DNA of 59,100 bases, counting the filler. It is 4 parts of 4 records of this genome, joined end to end, with 100 filler letters (N's around TTAATTAATTAA, not from the genome) between each part and the next. Parts side by side here need not be neighbours in the genome. Positions count along the whole stretch, not along the records: positions 36,996 to 50,786 come from SRR20825006_696; 3 more parts are not named here. One strand, given 5' to 3'. Of this stretch, positions 37,040-47,262 are shown in pieces. Made by a program: the position numbers and the translations under genes. Each line of letters starts with the position of its first letter. Within the stretch, counting starts at the first letter, position 1. Under the pieces are notes generated by a model that did no database searches, was not told where the DNA came from, and saw nothing but the letters and a program-made list of their open reading frames with translations.

Positions 37040-39727
37040 CTAGAGATAGGCTTGTAAAGTCCGGGTCAGCAGGCCGAAATCAACCGGTTTGGTGATATAG
37101 GCCTTGAACAGGCCATCGGCGGCATCGATATTTTCCTGCATCGCTGCTGCAGTCAATGCAATCACCGGAATGCCAGCGAATTCGGGGTTTTCCTGCATGA
37201 TGAGGCTCAGTTCAATGCCGGTCATGCCGGGCAGGTTGATATCCAGCAGGATCACATCCGGTATCATCGTTTTCAGCAGCTCCAGCCCGGCCTCGGCACT
37301 TTCGCAGGTATGCAGACAAATATGTTCGTAGCGCGAGAAAAAGACCTCAATCAGGCGGATATTGGCCGGATTGTCCTCAATATAAAGCACATGACGGCGC
37401 AGTTTGCTACTTTCGCTGTCCCCCCGCCGATCCAGTAAGGCGGTATCTTCAGCTGAAGTCATGTTACGTGGCGCAGGCGCTGCCATTGTATCCTGCTGAG
37501 AGGACAGTGGCAGTGCTATCCAGAAACTGCTGCCCTGGCCTTCCGTAGTGGCGAAATCAATGCTGCCACCCATGGCCTCTACCAAGCGTTTGCTGACGCT
37601 GAGGCCGACACCACTACCTTCGATATTGGCGTATTCCTGGCCCAGTCGTTCGAATGCGGTGAATACGTGGGCCTGTCTGTCTGCAGCGATGCCCTGACCG
37701 GTATCAGTCACCGTGAGTTTCAGGGTGCTGTTATGGGTCTGCACACTGGTACTGATCAGCACCTTGCCGCCGGCCTTGTTGTATTTGATGGCATTGGTGA
37801 CCAGATTGATAAACACCTGCTTCAACTTGGTGAAGTCAGCAATCACCACACAGTCGTTATTATTGAGCACATCGACATGAACCTCATACTGTTTGGCCAG
37901 TGTCTGCAGCATAGGCAGGCACTCTTCAAACACGCTGGAGATATGCACATGATCGTGGGAAGTCTGAATATTGCCGGCTTCAATTTTGGACAGCTCCAGC
38001 ACATCGTTAATCAGCGTCAATAAATGTTCACCACTGTAGATGATCTGCCTGACACTTTTGTTTTGCGTTTTGCTCAGCATCTGCTCCTTGTCACTCAGCA
38101 GTAACTGGGCAAAGCCGAGAATGCCGTTAAGTGGCGTGCGCAGTTCATGGCTCATCGCAGACAGAAATTCGGACTTGGCATTATTGGCGCGTTCAGCCTG
38201 TTGCTTGGCTTCAATTAAGGCCTGCTGTTCCGCTTTCTGTTTACTGATGTCACGGGCAATACCGGTAAACAAATATTCACCTTCCCACTGAAAGTCACTA
38301 ATGGTCAGTTCGATGGGGAATGCCTTTCCGCTCTTATGCTGCGCCTCGACCTCGACCGGCTGGCCCAGAATACGGCTTTGTTCGGTGGCCAGAAAACGCG
38401 ACATGCCCAGCTTGTGAAGATCCCGGTAACTGGCCGGCATCAGCATGGTGACGTTTTGGCCGATCACTTCTTCCGGCTGATAACCGAAAAGCGTGATGGA
38501 GGCTTTATTGAAGTTTTCGATAATGCCATGGTGGTTGATGGTGATCACGCTTTCGATAGTGTTATCCAGCAAAGTCTGCAGCCGCAGACTTTCATGGCGG
38601 GCGGCAGCTTCCAGTTCCTCACCTTTTTTGAGTTCCTGCTTCAGTTCTGCGGTGTGCTCGCGGATATAATCATTCAGTCTTCTATCGTGATGCTTTTTCA
38701 ACAACAGACTGATGAGGGACAGCAGTATAAGGCCAACAAAGCCCAGGCTCAGCACTAACGGCCAGTCGGTGCTGCCGGATTCTTGGTAAAGAAAATCATC
38801 AAGGTTACCGACCGAATCATATAACCCCAGATCCTGATAGATTTCGCCGATTTGTTGCCACCGGCTCTGGGTCATATGACCGAATTCAACCGTGGGGTAC
38901 AGGCTGAGTTTGAGTAATTGATCGGCTTCAAACTGCAGGTGGGAACGGCTCTTATTCTGACCGTTGTAGTTGGCGAGAATGAGGTCAATGATCTCCTGCG
39001 GATTCTCGGCGGCGTAGCGCCAGCCCCGATACATCGCTTCGCGGAAAGCTTCAACATGCTCGGGATGCTGCTTCAGGTAGCTCTGCGAGGTAAACAGAAT
39101 ATCGCTGTAGAAGCTGATACCGTAATCCTTGGGCGCAATGGTGCGATAAGGAACCTGTTTTTGCGCCAGCTTGAACGGCTCGTTGGAAATATAGGCGGTG
39201 AGCGCATCCACCCGTCCGGCAATCAGATCATCAATATCGGTGGCTTTGGGGTGTACGAAGTTGATCTGGCTGGTATCAATATTTTCCCTCAGGAAAATCG
39301 CCGCCAGATCGTCGGCATAAGACTGACGCGTGACCGTTTTACCGATGAAATCCTGTGCGGAATAGATGCCGGAATCGGCTTTGACCAGCCAGACATAAGG
39401 ACTGTTTTGAAATGTCGCGCCGAGCGCAACCAGTGGCCGGCCTTTCAGATACTCGACTACAATGCCGGTACCCGACAGGCCGAACTCGACTTGACCGCTT
39501 TCCACCTCATCGTATGGGTGGGTATAGCCTGTTTGAATATCGACATTGAGGCCTGCCTGTCGGAAAAAGCCTTTTTCTTTGGCCGCGTAAAGTCCGGCAA
39601 ATTGAAACTGATGCTGCCAGTGCAGCTGAATGGTGACGTCGTGCTGGCCCTGATCATCTGCCTGAGCGTTGAGGGCAGTGCTTAAAACGAGCAGAGCAAG
39701 GATATTTAATAGGTATCTTAGACTCAT
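37040..39727 (-). CDS. Hybrid sensor histidine kinase: periplasmic NMT1/THI5-like binding domain, TM, PAS, HisKA, HATPase, REC
   Basis: QLHWQHQFQFAGLYAAKEKGFF; PAS FGYQPEEVIGQNV; H-box FLSAMSHELRTPLNG; NLVTNAIKYN, DTGQGI, GSGVGL; REC IEDN...LLDINLPG...KP. Confidence 0.93.
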   Translation of the reverse strand: MSLRYLLNILALLVLSTALNAQADDQGQHDVTIQLHWQHQFQFAGLYAAKEKGFFRQAGLNVDIQTGYTHPYDEVESGQVEFGLSGTGIVVEYLKGRPLVALGATFQNSPYVWLVKADSGIYSAQDFIGKTVTRQSYADDLAAIFLRENIDTSQINFVHPKATDIDDLIAGRVDALTAYISNEPFKLAQKQVPYRTIAPKDYGISFYSDILFTSQSYLKQHPEHVEAFREAMYRGWRYAAENPQEIIDLILANYNGQNKSRSHLQFEADQLLKLSLYPTVEFGHMTQSRWQQIGEIYQDLGLYDSVGNLDDFLYQESGSTDWPLVLSLGFVGLILLSLISLLLKKHHDRRLNDYIREHTAELKQELKKGEELEAAARHESLRLQTLLDNTIESVITINHHGIIENFNKASITLFGYQPEEVIGQNVTMLMPASYRDLHKLGMSRFLATEQSRILGQPVEVEAQHKSGKAFPIELTISDFQWEGEYLFTGIARDISKQKAEQQALIEAKQQAERANNAKSEFLSAMSHELRTPLNGILGFAQLLLSDKEQMLSKTQNKSVRQIIYSGEHLLTLINDVLELSKIEAGNIQTSHDHVHISSVFEECLPMLQTLAKQYEVHVDVLNNNDCVVIADFTKLKQVFINLVTNAIKYNKAGGKVLISTSVQTHNSTLKLTVTDTGQGIAADRQAHVFTAFERLGQEYANIEGSGVGLSVSKRLVEAMGGSIDFATTEGQGSSFWIALPLSSQQDTMAAPAPRNMTSAEDTALLDRRGDSESSKLRRHVLYIEDNPANIRLIEVFFSRYEHICLHTCESAEAGLELLKTMIPDVILLDINLPGMTGIELSLIMQENPEFAGIPVIALTAAAMQENIDAADGLFKAYITKPVDFGLLTRTLQAYL

Positions 39728-39790
39728 ATCTGGCGGCGCATCAGGTCAAATTGCATCTTAGCTGAACCCCCGTCCGCAACGCCAGCATTA

Positions 39791-40516
39791 TTACATTCTG
39801 AAGTCGCGGCCGAGATAAACGCTTAAGACTTTCTTATCCTTAAGAATTTCCTCGGGGGTACCGCGGGCGATCACCTCGCCTTCGTTGAAGATGTAGGCGC
39901 GCTGACAAACATTGAGTGTCTCGCGCACATTGTGATCGGTAATGAGAATGCCGATGCCACGGTCGGCCAGTTCCTTGATGATGCCCTGAATATCGAGCAC
40001 CGAAATCGGATCGACGCCGGCAAACGGTTCATCCAGCAAAATAAACTGCGGATCCATCGCCAGCGCACGGGCGATTTCCACCCGCCGGCGTTCACCACCG
40101 GACAGCGATAGACCTTTGGATTTGCGGATATGATCAATATGGAAATCCTGCAGCAAGCGCTCCAGCAGGTCTTTTCTTGCCGCAGTGGTGAGTTCGTCGC
40201 GCGTTTCCAGAATGGCAAACAGATTATCTTCAACGCTGAGCTTGCGGAAAACAGAAGCTTCCTGCGGCAGATAACCGATGCCAAGACGCGCCCGGTCATG
40301 AATCGGGTAATCAGTCAGATCGTATTGATCGAGGAAAATAAAGCCGTGATCGACCGGCACCAGGCCGACAATCATATAAAAACTGGTGGTTTTACCGGCG
40401 CCATTGGGGCCAAGCAAACCGACAATCTCACCACTTTTTACTTCCAGTGAAATATCTTTAACAACTTGACGATCACCGTAGCGCTTCGCCAGTTGCTGCG
40501 CGGATAAAATACTCAT
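39791..40516 (-). CDS. lptB: LPS export ABC transporter ATPase LptB
   Basis: [58 protein letters not shown]. Confidence 0.98.
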   Translation of the reverse strand: MSILSAQQLAKRYGDRQVVKDISLEVKSGEIVGLLGPNGAGKTTSFYMIVGLVPVDHGFIFLDQYDLTDYPIHDRARLGIGYLPQEASVFRKLSVEDNLFAILETRDELTTAARKDLLERLLQDFHIDHIRKSKGLSLSGGERRRVEIARALAMDPQFILLDEPFAGVDPISVLDIQGIIKELADRGIGILITDHNVRETLNVCQRAYIFNEGEVIARGTPEEILKDKKVLSVYLGRDFRM

Positions 40517-40527
40517 CGTTGTCGTAA

Positions 40528-41346
40528 TTATTGCAGGTAGCGGCTGTTGACCCAGCCGATCACCACTTCACCGTTAATCGTACCGCGGACCTGAGCCCAG
40601 TTGGTCTGACGCGTCAGTACAATGACTTCCATGGACTGATCAAAGGTGCCCAGCTTCTGATACTGCGTACCGGGACCACTGCGGACGTTGAGCCGGCTGG
40701 ATGTCACCGCTGTCGGGTAGGATTTGGGCTCGCTAGCCTGATTGTCATTTCCGGTCTCGGAGTCAGTTGCCGGTGTGGTTTCTTCAGTTGGAGCGGGGGC
40801 CGGTTTTGCTTCAGGTTCAGAAGGTTTACGGGTGTTCTGCGGCTGAATAATGATATGCACGCGGCCTTTTTTCTGGGTTTCACCGTCGACGGTGACCGGC
40901 TTGGAGTTGGCACTGACCACGTTGCGGGCAATGTCGTACTCGATGTAGTTGCCGGTGAATTCATCACCGTTCTGCCAGACATAACCATCGCCAATCAGGT
41001 AGATTTTCTGTCGATCGGCGTAGTACTCCATTTTCAGCGCCTTGGCTTTAACTGGGTTTTCGCCGGGGTTGTGCACCTGCTGGTAAGTCGCACGTTTGCC
41101 TTCCGCCACGGCTTTGGTCAGCTGTTTGTTCTCATCGTAGAAAAAAGTGATGATGTCGCCGGTAATGCGTAGGGTGCCCTGAGTCAGAATGGCATCCCCT
41201 TTGTATTGCGTTACCCCATCACGGTCGTCTAACTGGGCGTGATCGGCTTCAATGCTGATCGGTTTTTCCCGGTCACTGGGCAAAGCCAGCGCGATAGCAG
41301 GCATGAGCATGGCAATCGCTAGCAGATTAATTGGCAGGCGCATCAT
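40528..41346 (-). CDS. lptA: LPS transport periplasmic protein LptA with C-terminal linker and SH3b-like domain
   Basis: [15 protein letters not shown]...[11 protein letters not shown]...GRVHIIIQP OstA/LptA domain; P/E/T/A-rich linker; [11 protein letters not shown]...WAQV...GWVNSRYL. Confidence 0.92.
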   Translation of the reverse strand: MMRLPINLLAIAMLMPAIALALPSDREKPISIEADHAQLDDRDGVTQYKGDAILTQGTLRITGDIITFFYDENKQLTKAVAEGKRATYQQVHNPGENPVKAKALKMEYYADRQKIYLIGDGYVWQNGDEFTGNYIEYDIARNVVSANSKPVTVDGETQKKGRVHIIIQPQNTRKPSEPEAKPAPAPTEETTPATDSETGNDNQASEPKSYPTAVTSSRLNVRSGPGTQYQKLGTFDQSMEVIVLTRQTNWAQVRGTINGEVVIGWVNSRYLQ

Positions 41347-41896
41347 ATTGTCCTTTTACCCTTGAATGCAGGTTGATTGTCTCATCATCCAGCGCTGCGT
41401 GCAGGCCGACAGCGTCGGTTACACCCTGCGGTGAATGTATGGTTACCGGCTCTTCCGTATAAGCCGTGTTGTCTTGCGTATTCAGTGTCAGTCTCTCGGT
41501 GCGCATTTCAAACGCGGGATCATCCTTGTTGCTGATAATAACATTTCCGGTCAGCAGTATTGTTTCCGCCTCACCCTGGGTGTGACCGTGCTGTGAACTG
41601 ACAACCCAGGTGTCCTGTCCGGGTTCCAGAAACTCGGTAACCGGCTGGATAATTTCAGTCGAGTCATCATGCGGATAGTGCGCCATTTCCTCGCCCTTGA
41701 CGATACGCGCCGGTTCACCATTGATATCCATAATCGTCATGGTGAAGTCGGTCATTGCGTAATCGCTAGTACGACGTACTTCACTGGACTGCTGCTCCGA
41801 CTGATTGCTGTCGTTAAAAATCAGCCAGAGGCTGAAGACCGCAATCAGCAACAGCCCGAGACGGGCATAGCGGGGCAGGTTAAAAATGACGTTCAA
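41327..41896 (-). CDS. lptC: LPS export protein LptC
   Basis: N-terminal [32 protein letters not shown]; lies between kdsC and lptA. Confidence 0.92.
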   Translation of the reverse strand: MNVIFNLPRYARLGLLLIAVFSLWLIFNDSNQSEQQSSEVRRTSDYAMTDFTMTIMDINGEPARIVKGEEMAHYPHDDSTEIIQPVTEFLEPGQDTWVVSSQHGHTQGEAETILLTGNVIISNKDDPAFEMRTERLTLNTQDNTAYTEEPVTIHSPQGVTDAVGLHAALDDETINLHSRVKGQYDAPAN

Positions 41897-42401
41897 TTTG
41901 ATCCTGCAGGTTACCCTGTCCTTCCATTATGAGTTCACAAACCTCGCGGGCGGCACCATGACCGCCATTCGATGGTGTAATCCAGTGTGCATGTTTTTTG
42001 ACGACATTGTCAGCATCCTGAACCGCCACAGCGAGACCGACACGGCTCATGATCGACAAATCCACCCAGTCATCGCCCACGAAGGCACATTGTTCCGGTT
42101 CCAGTCCCAGTTCGGCAATCAATTGCTCAAAAACCGGCAGTTTAATGCGTTTGCCCTGAAAGACATGATTAATGCCCAGACTGTTCATCCGGTGTTCTAC
42201 CGTTTTTGTGGTGCGACCACTGATGATCGCAATTTCCACCCCGGTCAGTTGCAGTAACTTCATGCCATGGCCGTCACGGGTATGGAAAGATTTATATTCC
42301 TGACCATCGTCACCGATGATAATGCGGCCGTCGGTCAGAACCCCATCGACATCGAAGATGACCAGTTTGATTTTTTTAGCTTTTTCCAGAATATCCTGCA
42401 T
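41880..42401 (-). CDS. kdsC: KDO 8-phosphate phosphatase
   Basis: FDVDGVLTDG, DGHG, IISGR, VGDDWVD, GGHGAAREVCE. Confidence 0.97.
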   Translation of the reverse strand: MQDILEKAKKIKLVIFDVDGVLTDGRIIIGDDGQEYKSFHTRDGHGMKLLQLTGVEIAIISGRTTKTVEHRMNSLGINHVFQGKRIKLPVFEQLIAELGLEPEQCAFVGDDWVDLSIMSRVGLAVAVQDADNVVKKHAHWITPSNGGHGAAREVCELIMEGQGNLQDQIERHF

Positions 42402-42412
42402 TGATTTTCCTG

Positions 42413-43390
42413 TCAGACGACACCGGCGCGAAGCAGGTCATGCATGTTGATAGCGCCGGCCAGTTTTTGCTGTTCGTTGAGAATGAGTAGGGCATTAATC
42501 TTGTAACGCTGCATTAATTCCAGCGCTTCCGCTGCCAGCATTTCCGGCTTGCCGGTTTTACATCCCCGGGTCATGAAAGCAGACAGCGGTTCAGTATGAA
42601 TGTTCACTTCCTGTGCCAGCACCCGGCGCAGGTCACCATCAGTAAAAATGCCGACAACCTGCTGGTTGGCATCGGTCACCGCGGTCATGCCCAGGCCTTT
42701 GGCTGACATTTCAATCAAGGCTTCACTGATCAAGGCTGATTCGCTGATAGTAGGGATGGCGGAACCGGTATGCATTATATCGCTCACCCGCAATAACAGA
42801 CGCCGGCCCAGCAAACCACCCGGATGCGACATGGCAAAGTCTTCTGCAGTAAAGCCGCGGGCTTCCAGCATGGCTATTGCAACGGCGTCGCCCATTACCA
42901 GGGCTGCGGTAGTGCTGGAGGTCGGCGCCAGGCCGAGCGGACAGGCCTCACGTTCGACACTGACATCGAGATGGGCACTGGCGCATTGCGCCAGCGTCGA
43001 GCCCGGTCTGCCGGTCATGGCGATAAATGGCACATGCAGGCGTTTGATCAGCGGCAGGATAGTCAGAATTTCGGCCGTTTCGCCGGAGTTGGATAAGGCC
43101 AGCACCACGTCTTTATCGGTGATCATGCCCAGATCTCCGTGGCTGGCTTCGCCGGGATGAACAAAAAATGCCGGTGTACCGGTACTGGCCAGCGTGGCAG
43201 CGATCTTACTGCCGATATGGCCGGATTTGCCCATGCCGATCACCACAATGCGGCCGGTGCATGCCAGCATAAACTCACAGGCTTTAATAAAATCGTCGTT
43301 GATGCGATCGCGTAAGGCCGAGACAGCCGCCAGTTCGGTGTCGATGACCGCACTGGCGAGCGCTTTAAGCTTATCGTGATCGATCTGCAT
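42413..43390 (-). CDS. kdsD: Arabinose-5-phosphate isomerase (SIS + 2 CBS)
   Basis: GMGKSGHIG, HPGEASHGDLG, EACPLGLAPTSS, HPGG, GIFTDGDLRR. Confidence 0.97.
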   Translation of the reverse strand: MQIDHDKLKALASAVIDTELAAVSALRDRINDDFIKACEFMLACTGRIVVIGMGKSGHIGSKIAATLASTGTPAFFVHPGEASHGDLGMITDKDVVLALSNSGETAEILTILPLIKRLHVPFIAMTGRPGSTLAQCASAHLDVSVEREACPLGLAPTSSTTAALVMGDAVAIAMLEARGFTAEDFAMSHPGGLLGRRLLLRVSDIMHTGSAIPTISESALISEALIEMSAKGLGMTAVTDANQQVVGIFTDGDLRRVLAQEVNIHTEPLSAFMTRGCKTGKPEMLAAEALELMQRYKINALLILNEQQKLAGAINMHDLLRAGVV

Positions 43391-44376
43391 TAACTGATTC
43401 CCGGTATATTCTGGTAGGCGAGAAGACTGTTATAGCCAATATAGACCACTAACAGCAATACCCCTGCAACCCGGCCGATACGACCCTGTGAACAATAGCG
43501 CGCGAAAAGGAAGAGTCCCACTGCCAGAGCGATCATGAATGGGTAATCCCTGTAAAGCAGCATTGGGTCGACGTCTGACGGAGCAATCAGGCCCGGCATG
43601 GCCAGTACAGCCAGCAAATTGAAAATATTCGATCCGAGGATATTACCGACGGCAATATCATGTTCGTGTTTCAGTGCTGAGATAACAGACGCTGCCAGTT
43701 CCGGCAGGCTGGTGCCGATAGCGACAATGGTCAGACCGATAATCAGATCACTGACGCCCAGTAAGGTGGCAATACCACTGGCACCCCAGACCAGTGACTT
43801 GGAGCCGATCAGCAGTGACGCCAGGCCAAGGGCAAAATACCAGCTGGCTTTGCCGGTCGACATCGTGGGTTCGGCATATTCTTCCGCGAACTCTGCCTCT
43901 AAGGGGTCATTTTTTCCCAGACCTTTGTAGGCCATCCAGCCCATGGCAGCAATGGTCAGCAGGAAGCCGGCAAAAAGAATGCCACCATCCAGCCGGCTCA
44001 GTACACCATCGGTTATCATGATGAGCGATATCAGCATGACAAAAGCCAGCAGTGGAAATTCACGGCGCAGCGTGGCCGAGTTGACGACCAGTGGCGCGAT
44101 CAAGGTGGTCACACCCAGCACCAGGCCCACATTGGTAATATTGGAGCCAATGGCATTACCAATACCCATTGCCGGCACCCCATCAAAGGCGGCCAGCGCC
44201 GACACCAGCATTTCCGGTGCTGAGGTGCCGAAACCAACGATAGTGACACCGACAATGAGCGGTGAAACACCGAGATTGCTGGCGATGTTGGCCGCCCCGT
44301 CAATAAAGCGATCTGCGCCCCAAATCAGTATGGCAAAGCCGACCACAATGGCGACAATAAATAAAATGCTGGTCAT
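43390..44376 (-). CDS. yrbG: Calcium/sodium antiporter YrbG
   Basis: GTSAPE...GNAIGSNITN and GTSLPE...GNILGSNIFN; canonical position upstream of kdsD. Confidence 0.93.
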   Translation of the reverse strand: MTSILFIVAIVVGFAILIWGADRFIDGAANIASNLGVSPLIVGVTIVGFGTSAPEMLVSALAAFDGVPAMGIGNAIGSNITNVGLVLGVTTLIAPLVVNSATLRREFPLLAFVMLISLIMITDGVLSRLDGGILFAGFLLTIAAMGWMAYKGLGKNDPLEAEFAEEYAEPTMSTGKASWYFALGLASLLIGSKSLVWGASGIATLLGVSDLIIGLTIVAIGTSLPELAASVISALKHEHDIAVGNILGSNIFNLLAVLAMPGLIAPSDVDPMLLYRDYPFMIALAVGLFLFARYCSQGRIGRVAGVLLLVVYIGYNSLLAYQNIPGIS

Positions 44377-44417
44377 AACGCTCCGTGACTGGTCTGAATC
44401 CGGTTTATTTGAAACAT

Positions 44418-44446
44418 AAAAAAGCCGGGTCTTAGCCCGGCTCTTT
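44418..44446 (-). terminator. Terminator after mlaA
   Basis: AAAAAAGCCGGG-TCTTAG-CCCGGCT; T-tract on the minus strand. Confidence 0.8.
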
Positions 44447-44476
44447 ATTATAAAGTCTCAACTGTCGCTTGTCGTG

Positions 44477-45202
44477 TCAGTCGTCTTCGAAGACATCGAA
44501 GTCATCATTTTGCGGCGGGTTACCGTCGAACACCAGATATTGACGACGTGACATGTAAGCATCACGAACATAGCTGTATTCATCGGTTGCGGCCTGATCC
44601 AGCACTTTCTCTGCTTTCAGCAAATTAGCGCGGGTATCGACAACACGCGTGCCGACCAGCGCGATGCGGGCATCGTCCCCTTCGACGTACATCACAGGAT
44701 CGGTAAACATATCGCCGACCAGACCGAAGGTATCACGCACATTGCGCGGACCAAAGAAAGGCAGCACCACATAGGCACCGGGTTCAGCACCCCAGACACC
44801 CAGTGTCTGACCGAAGTCTTCGTTATTTTTGGTAAAACCACTCAGGCTGGCGACATCAAAAATACCGGCAACACCGACGGTGGTATTCAATACAAAACGG
44901 TGAGTATCACGGTAAGCCTGGTAGAACTTGCCCTGGAACAGGTCATTGATAATGACGGTGATGTCATTCAGGTTACTGAAGAAGTTACTGACACCCTGGC
45001 TGATAGGGTCGGGTACAACCGCATCATAGCCCCTGGCAACCGGTTTGAGCACGGCGGTATCCACTGCATCGTTAAATTGGTACATGGCGCGGTTATATCC
45101 TTCCAATGGATCGCCGGCACTCTGGTTAGTGGTGGCGCAACCGGTCATGAACAGTACCATGGCGGCAACACCCAGTCTGAAAACGGTACGGAGTTGTGTC
45201 AT
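44477..45202 (-). CDS. mlaA: VacJ/MlaA outer-membrane lipoprotein
   Basis: Lipobox MTGC; DPLEGYNRAMY.FN, NFFSNL, EDFGQTLGVWG, YVVLPFFGP, YSYVRDAY. Confidence 0.96.
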   Translation of the reverse strand: MTQLRTVFRLGVAAMVLFMTGCATTNQSAGDPLEGYNRAMYQFNDAVDTAVLKPVARGYDAVVPDPISQGVSNFFSNLNDITVIINDLFQGKFYQAYRDTHRFVLNTTVGVAGIFDVASLSGFTKNNEDFGQTLGVWGAEPGAYVVLPFFGPRNVRDTFGLVGDMFTDPVMYVEGDDARIALVGTRVVDTRANLLKAEKVLDQAATDEYSYVRDAYMSRRQYLVFDGNPPQNDDFDVFEDD

Positions 45203-45332
45203 TGAAATCTTTATCCCTGTTTATTCTTGTTGACCCGCAAATAATCTCACGCTGGTCAGAGCCGATCAAGGGTTCCTGTTGTAATATCGGCAAACAGGGG
45301 GACAAATTTGTTGTATAAAAGCAACAGTCTGC

Positions 45333-46376
45333 TCAGCGCTCCCGGACTGACTGTTCCTGACTCTGCCAGTCGGTTGCTGCTGCATTGTCAAACATATAGC
45401 CGGCAAACACTTCACTGCAGACAAGCCAGCTGTTTTTGCGGGCATAATCAATACAGTCCTGTGGCTTCAAATTAAGCGCTTTTTCTATGGCTTCAGCCAG
45501 GTTGTCACTGAGACTGCCTGTGACTCCCTCCAGTATCACATCAGCTGGCCCGGTGACCGGATAGGCTGCTACCGGCACGCCGCAGGCCATCGCCTCCAGC
45601 AAAACCAGACCGAAAGTATCGGTGCGGCTGGGGAAAACAAACACATCCGCCGCCGCAACGTAACTGGCCAGTTCTCGGCCGAATTTTGCGCCGGTAAAGA
45701 GCACCTTTGGATAATCTTGTCTCAATTGTTCGAGATCCGGACCGTCACCCACAACGACTTTACTGCCGACGACCTCCAGGTCGAGGAAAGCTTCAATATT
45801 TTTTTCCACTGCAACACGGCCCATGTTTAGCAGGATGGGTTTCGGCAGATCGAGTTGCTGCGGCGTATCCGGGGTGAAAATATCGGTATCCACGCCACGG
45901 CCCCAGACTTCAACATGCTCAAACCCCCGTTCAAGCAAACGCTGGCGCTGAGATTCAGTCGGCACCAGGGTACGTACTGCCTGGCCATGAAAGCGACGTA
46001 GCCAGGCATAGGTCCAGCTCAGTGGAATCGGTGCCCTGAGTCGAACATATTCCGGAAACTGAGTGTGATAAGAGGTCGTGAACTGGATATTGTTACGCAG
46101 GCACCAGCGTCTTGCCGCCATGCCCAGCGGGCCTTCAGTCGCAATATGTATGGCGTTGGCATTGTGATGATTTAGTAATTTCGCCACCTTACGGCCGGGA
46201 AACAATGACAGTGGAATACTGGGATAACTGGGACAGGGGATGGTTCTAAACAACTCAGGGGTAATAAAGTGCACTTCATGACCCAGCTGTTCCAGACATT
46301 TGCGGGTCTGTTTTAAGGTCCGCACTACCCCGTTTACCTGGGGTGTCCAGGCATCCGTCACGATAATAATTTTCAT
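45333..46376 (-). CDS. GT4 glycosyltransferase (Agt-like glycolipid synthase)
   Basis: IVTDAWTPQVNGVVRT, HIATEGPLG, WGRGVD, GRVAVEKN, FPSRTDTFGLVLLEAMACG. Confidence 0.9.
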   Translation of the reverse strand: MKIIIVTDAWTPQVNGVVRTLKQTRKCLEQLGHEVHFITPELFRTIPCPSYPSIPLSLFPGRKVAKLLNHHNANAIHIATEGPLGMAARRWCLRNNIQFTTSYHTQFPEYVRLRAPIPLSWTYAWLRRFHGQAVRTLVPTESQRQRLLERGFEHVEVWGRGVDTDIFTPDTPQQLDLPKPILLNMGRVAVEKNIEAFLDLEVVGSKVVVGDGPDLEQLRQDYPKVLFTGAKFGRELASYVAAADVFVFPSRTDTFGLVLLEAMACGVPVAAYPVTGPADVILEGVTGSLSDNLAEAIEKALNLKPQDCIDYARKNSWLVCSEVFAGYMFDNAAATDWQSQEQSVRER

Positions 46377-46426
46377 TGGGGTTTTTCCGCTAACAGCAGG
46401 TGGCGATACTCAAACATAAACAAGCC

Positions 46427-47221
46427 CTAGGCGGCTTGGACAAGGGCTTTGGGCTGTTCGACCAGTTCAGTCCAGTGGAGGATTTCCATTTCGCCGTTAG
46501 GGTGCTCAACCAGGGCGGTACAGCTCTCCACCCAGTCACCGCAGTTGTAGTAATCAATATCATGGTGGCGGGCGATCTCGGCGCGGTGAATGTGACCACA
46601 TACTACGCCGTCAACGCCCTGGCGGGCGGCTTCATGCGCTACAGCTTCCTCGAAATGACTGATGTACTGCACCGCATTTTTGACTTTGTGTTTCAGAAAA
46701 GCCGCCAACGACCAGTAAGAAAAACCCAGCTTGCGGCGCACCAGATTAACGTAACGATTGGCGCGCAGCAGCCATTCGTAAAGCCGGCTGCCGACCTTGG
46801 CCAGCAGCGGCGAGATTTTCACCACACTGTCAAACTGGTCACCGTGGAGAATCAGCAGTTTGCGATTATCGGCGGTGGTATGAATCACTTCATTCTGAAT
46901 TTCAACATTACCGAACACGGCACCATCGTAATCGCGGAGGATTTCATCGTGATTGCCCGGCACATAAATCACCTTGGTGTTATGTTTGGCTTTCCCCAGC
47001 AGGGTGCGAATCACATTATTGTGTGCCTGCGGCCAGAACATTTTCTTTTTCATCTCCCAGACATCGATAATATCGCCGACCAGGTAAAGGTAGTCACATT
47101 CCACTTTATGCAGGAAATCGAGCAGAAAATCAGCGCTACAGCCGCGAAAGCCGAGATGAATATCCGAGATCCAGACGCTGCGAACTTTTAGTTTCTCTTT
47201 CTGACTCACTTGTTTTTGCAT
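46427..47221 (-). CDS. Metallophosphoesterase, PlcP/LpxH-like (probable P-starvation phospholipase C PlcP)
   Basis: ISDIHLG, LVGDIID, PGNHD, HGDQFD, CGHIH, NCGDWVES; directly upstream of the GT4 gene. Confidence 0.85.
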   Translation of the reverse strand: MQKQVSQKEKLKVRSVWISDIHLGFRGCSADFLLDFLHKVECDYLYLVGDIIDVWEMKKKMFWPQAHNNVIRTLLGKAKHNTKVIYVPGNHDEILRDYDGAVFGNVEIQNEVIHTTADNRKLLILHGDQFDSVVKISPLLAKVGSRLYEWLLRANRYVNLVRRKLGFSYWSLAAFLKHKVKNAVQYISHFEEAVAHEAARQGVDGVVCGHIHRAEIARHHDIDYYNCGDWVESCTALVEHPNGEMEILHWTELVEQPKALVQAA

Positions 47222-47262
47222 TATGTGCCCCTACCTTTTATCTTGAGCGCACACTAACTGAT

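Noticed and set aside
32465-44376. Two CaCA antiporter genes suggesting duplication
   Set aside because: They are on different contigs from different phyla
46427-47221. Calling this gene lpxH because LPS genes are nearby
   Set aside because: GNHD motif, GT4 partner and Pho-box-like repeats fit PlcP better; symbol withheld
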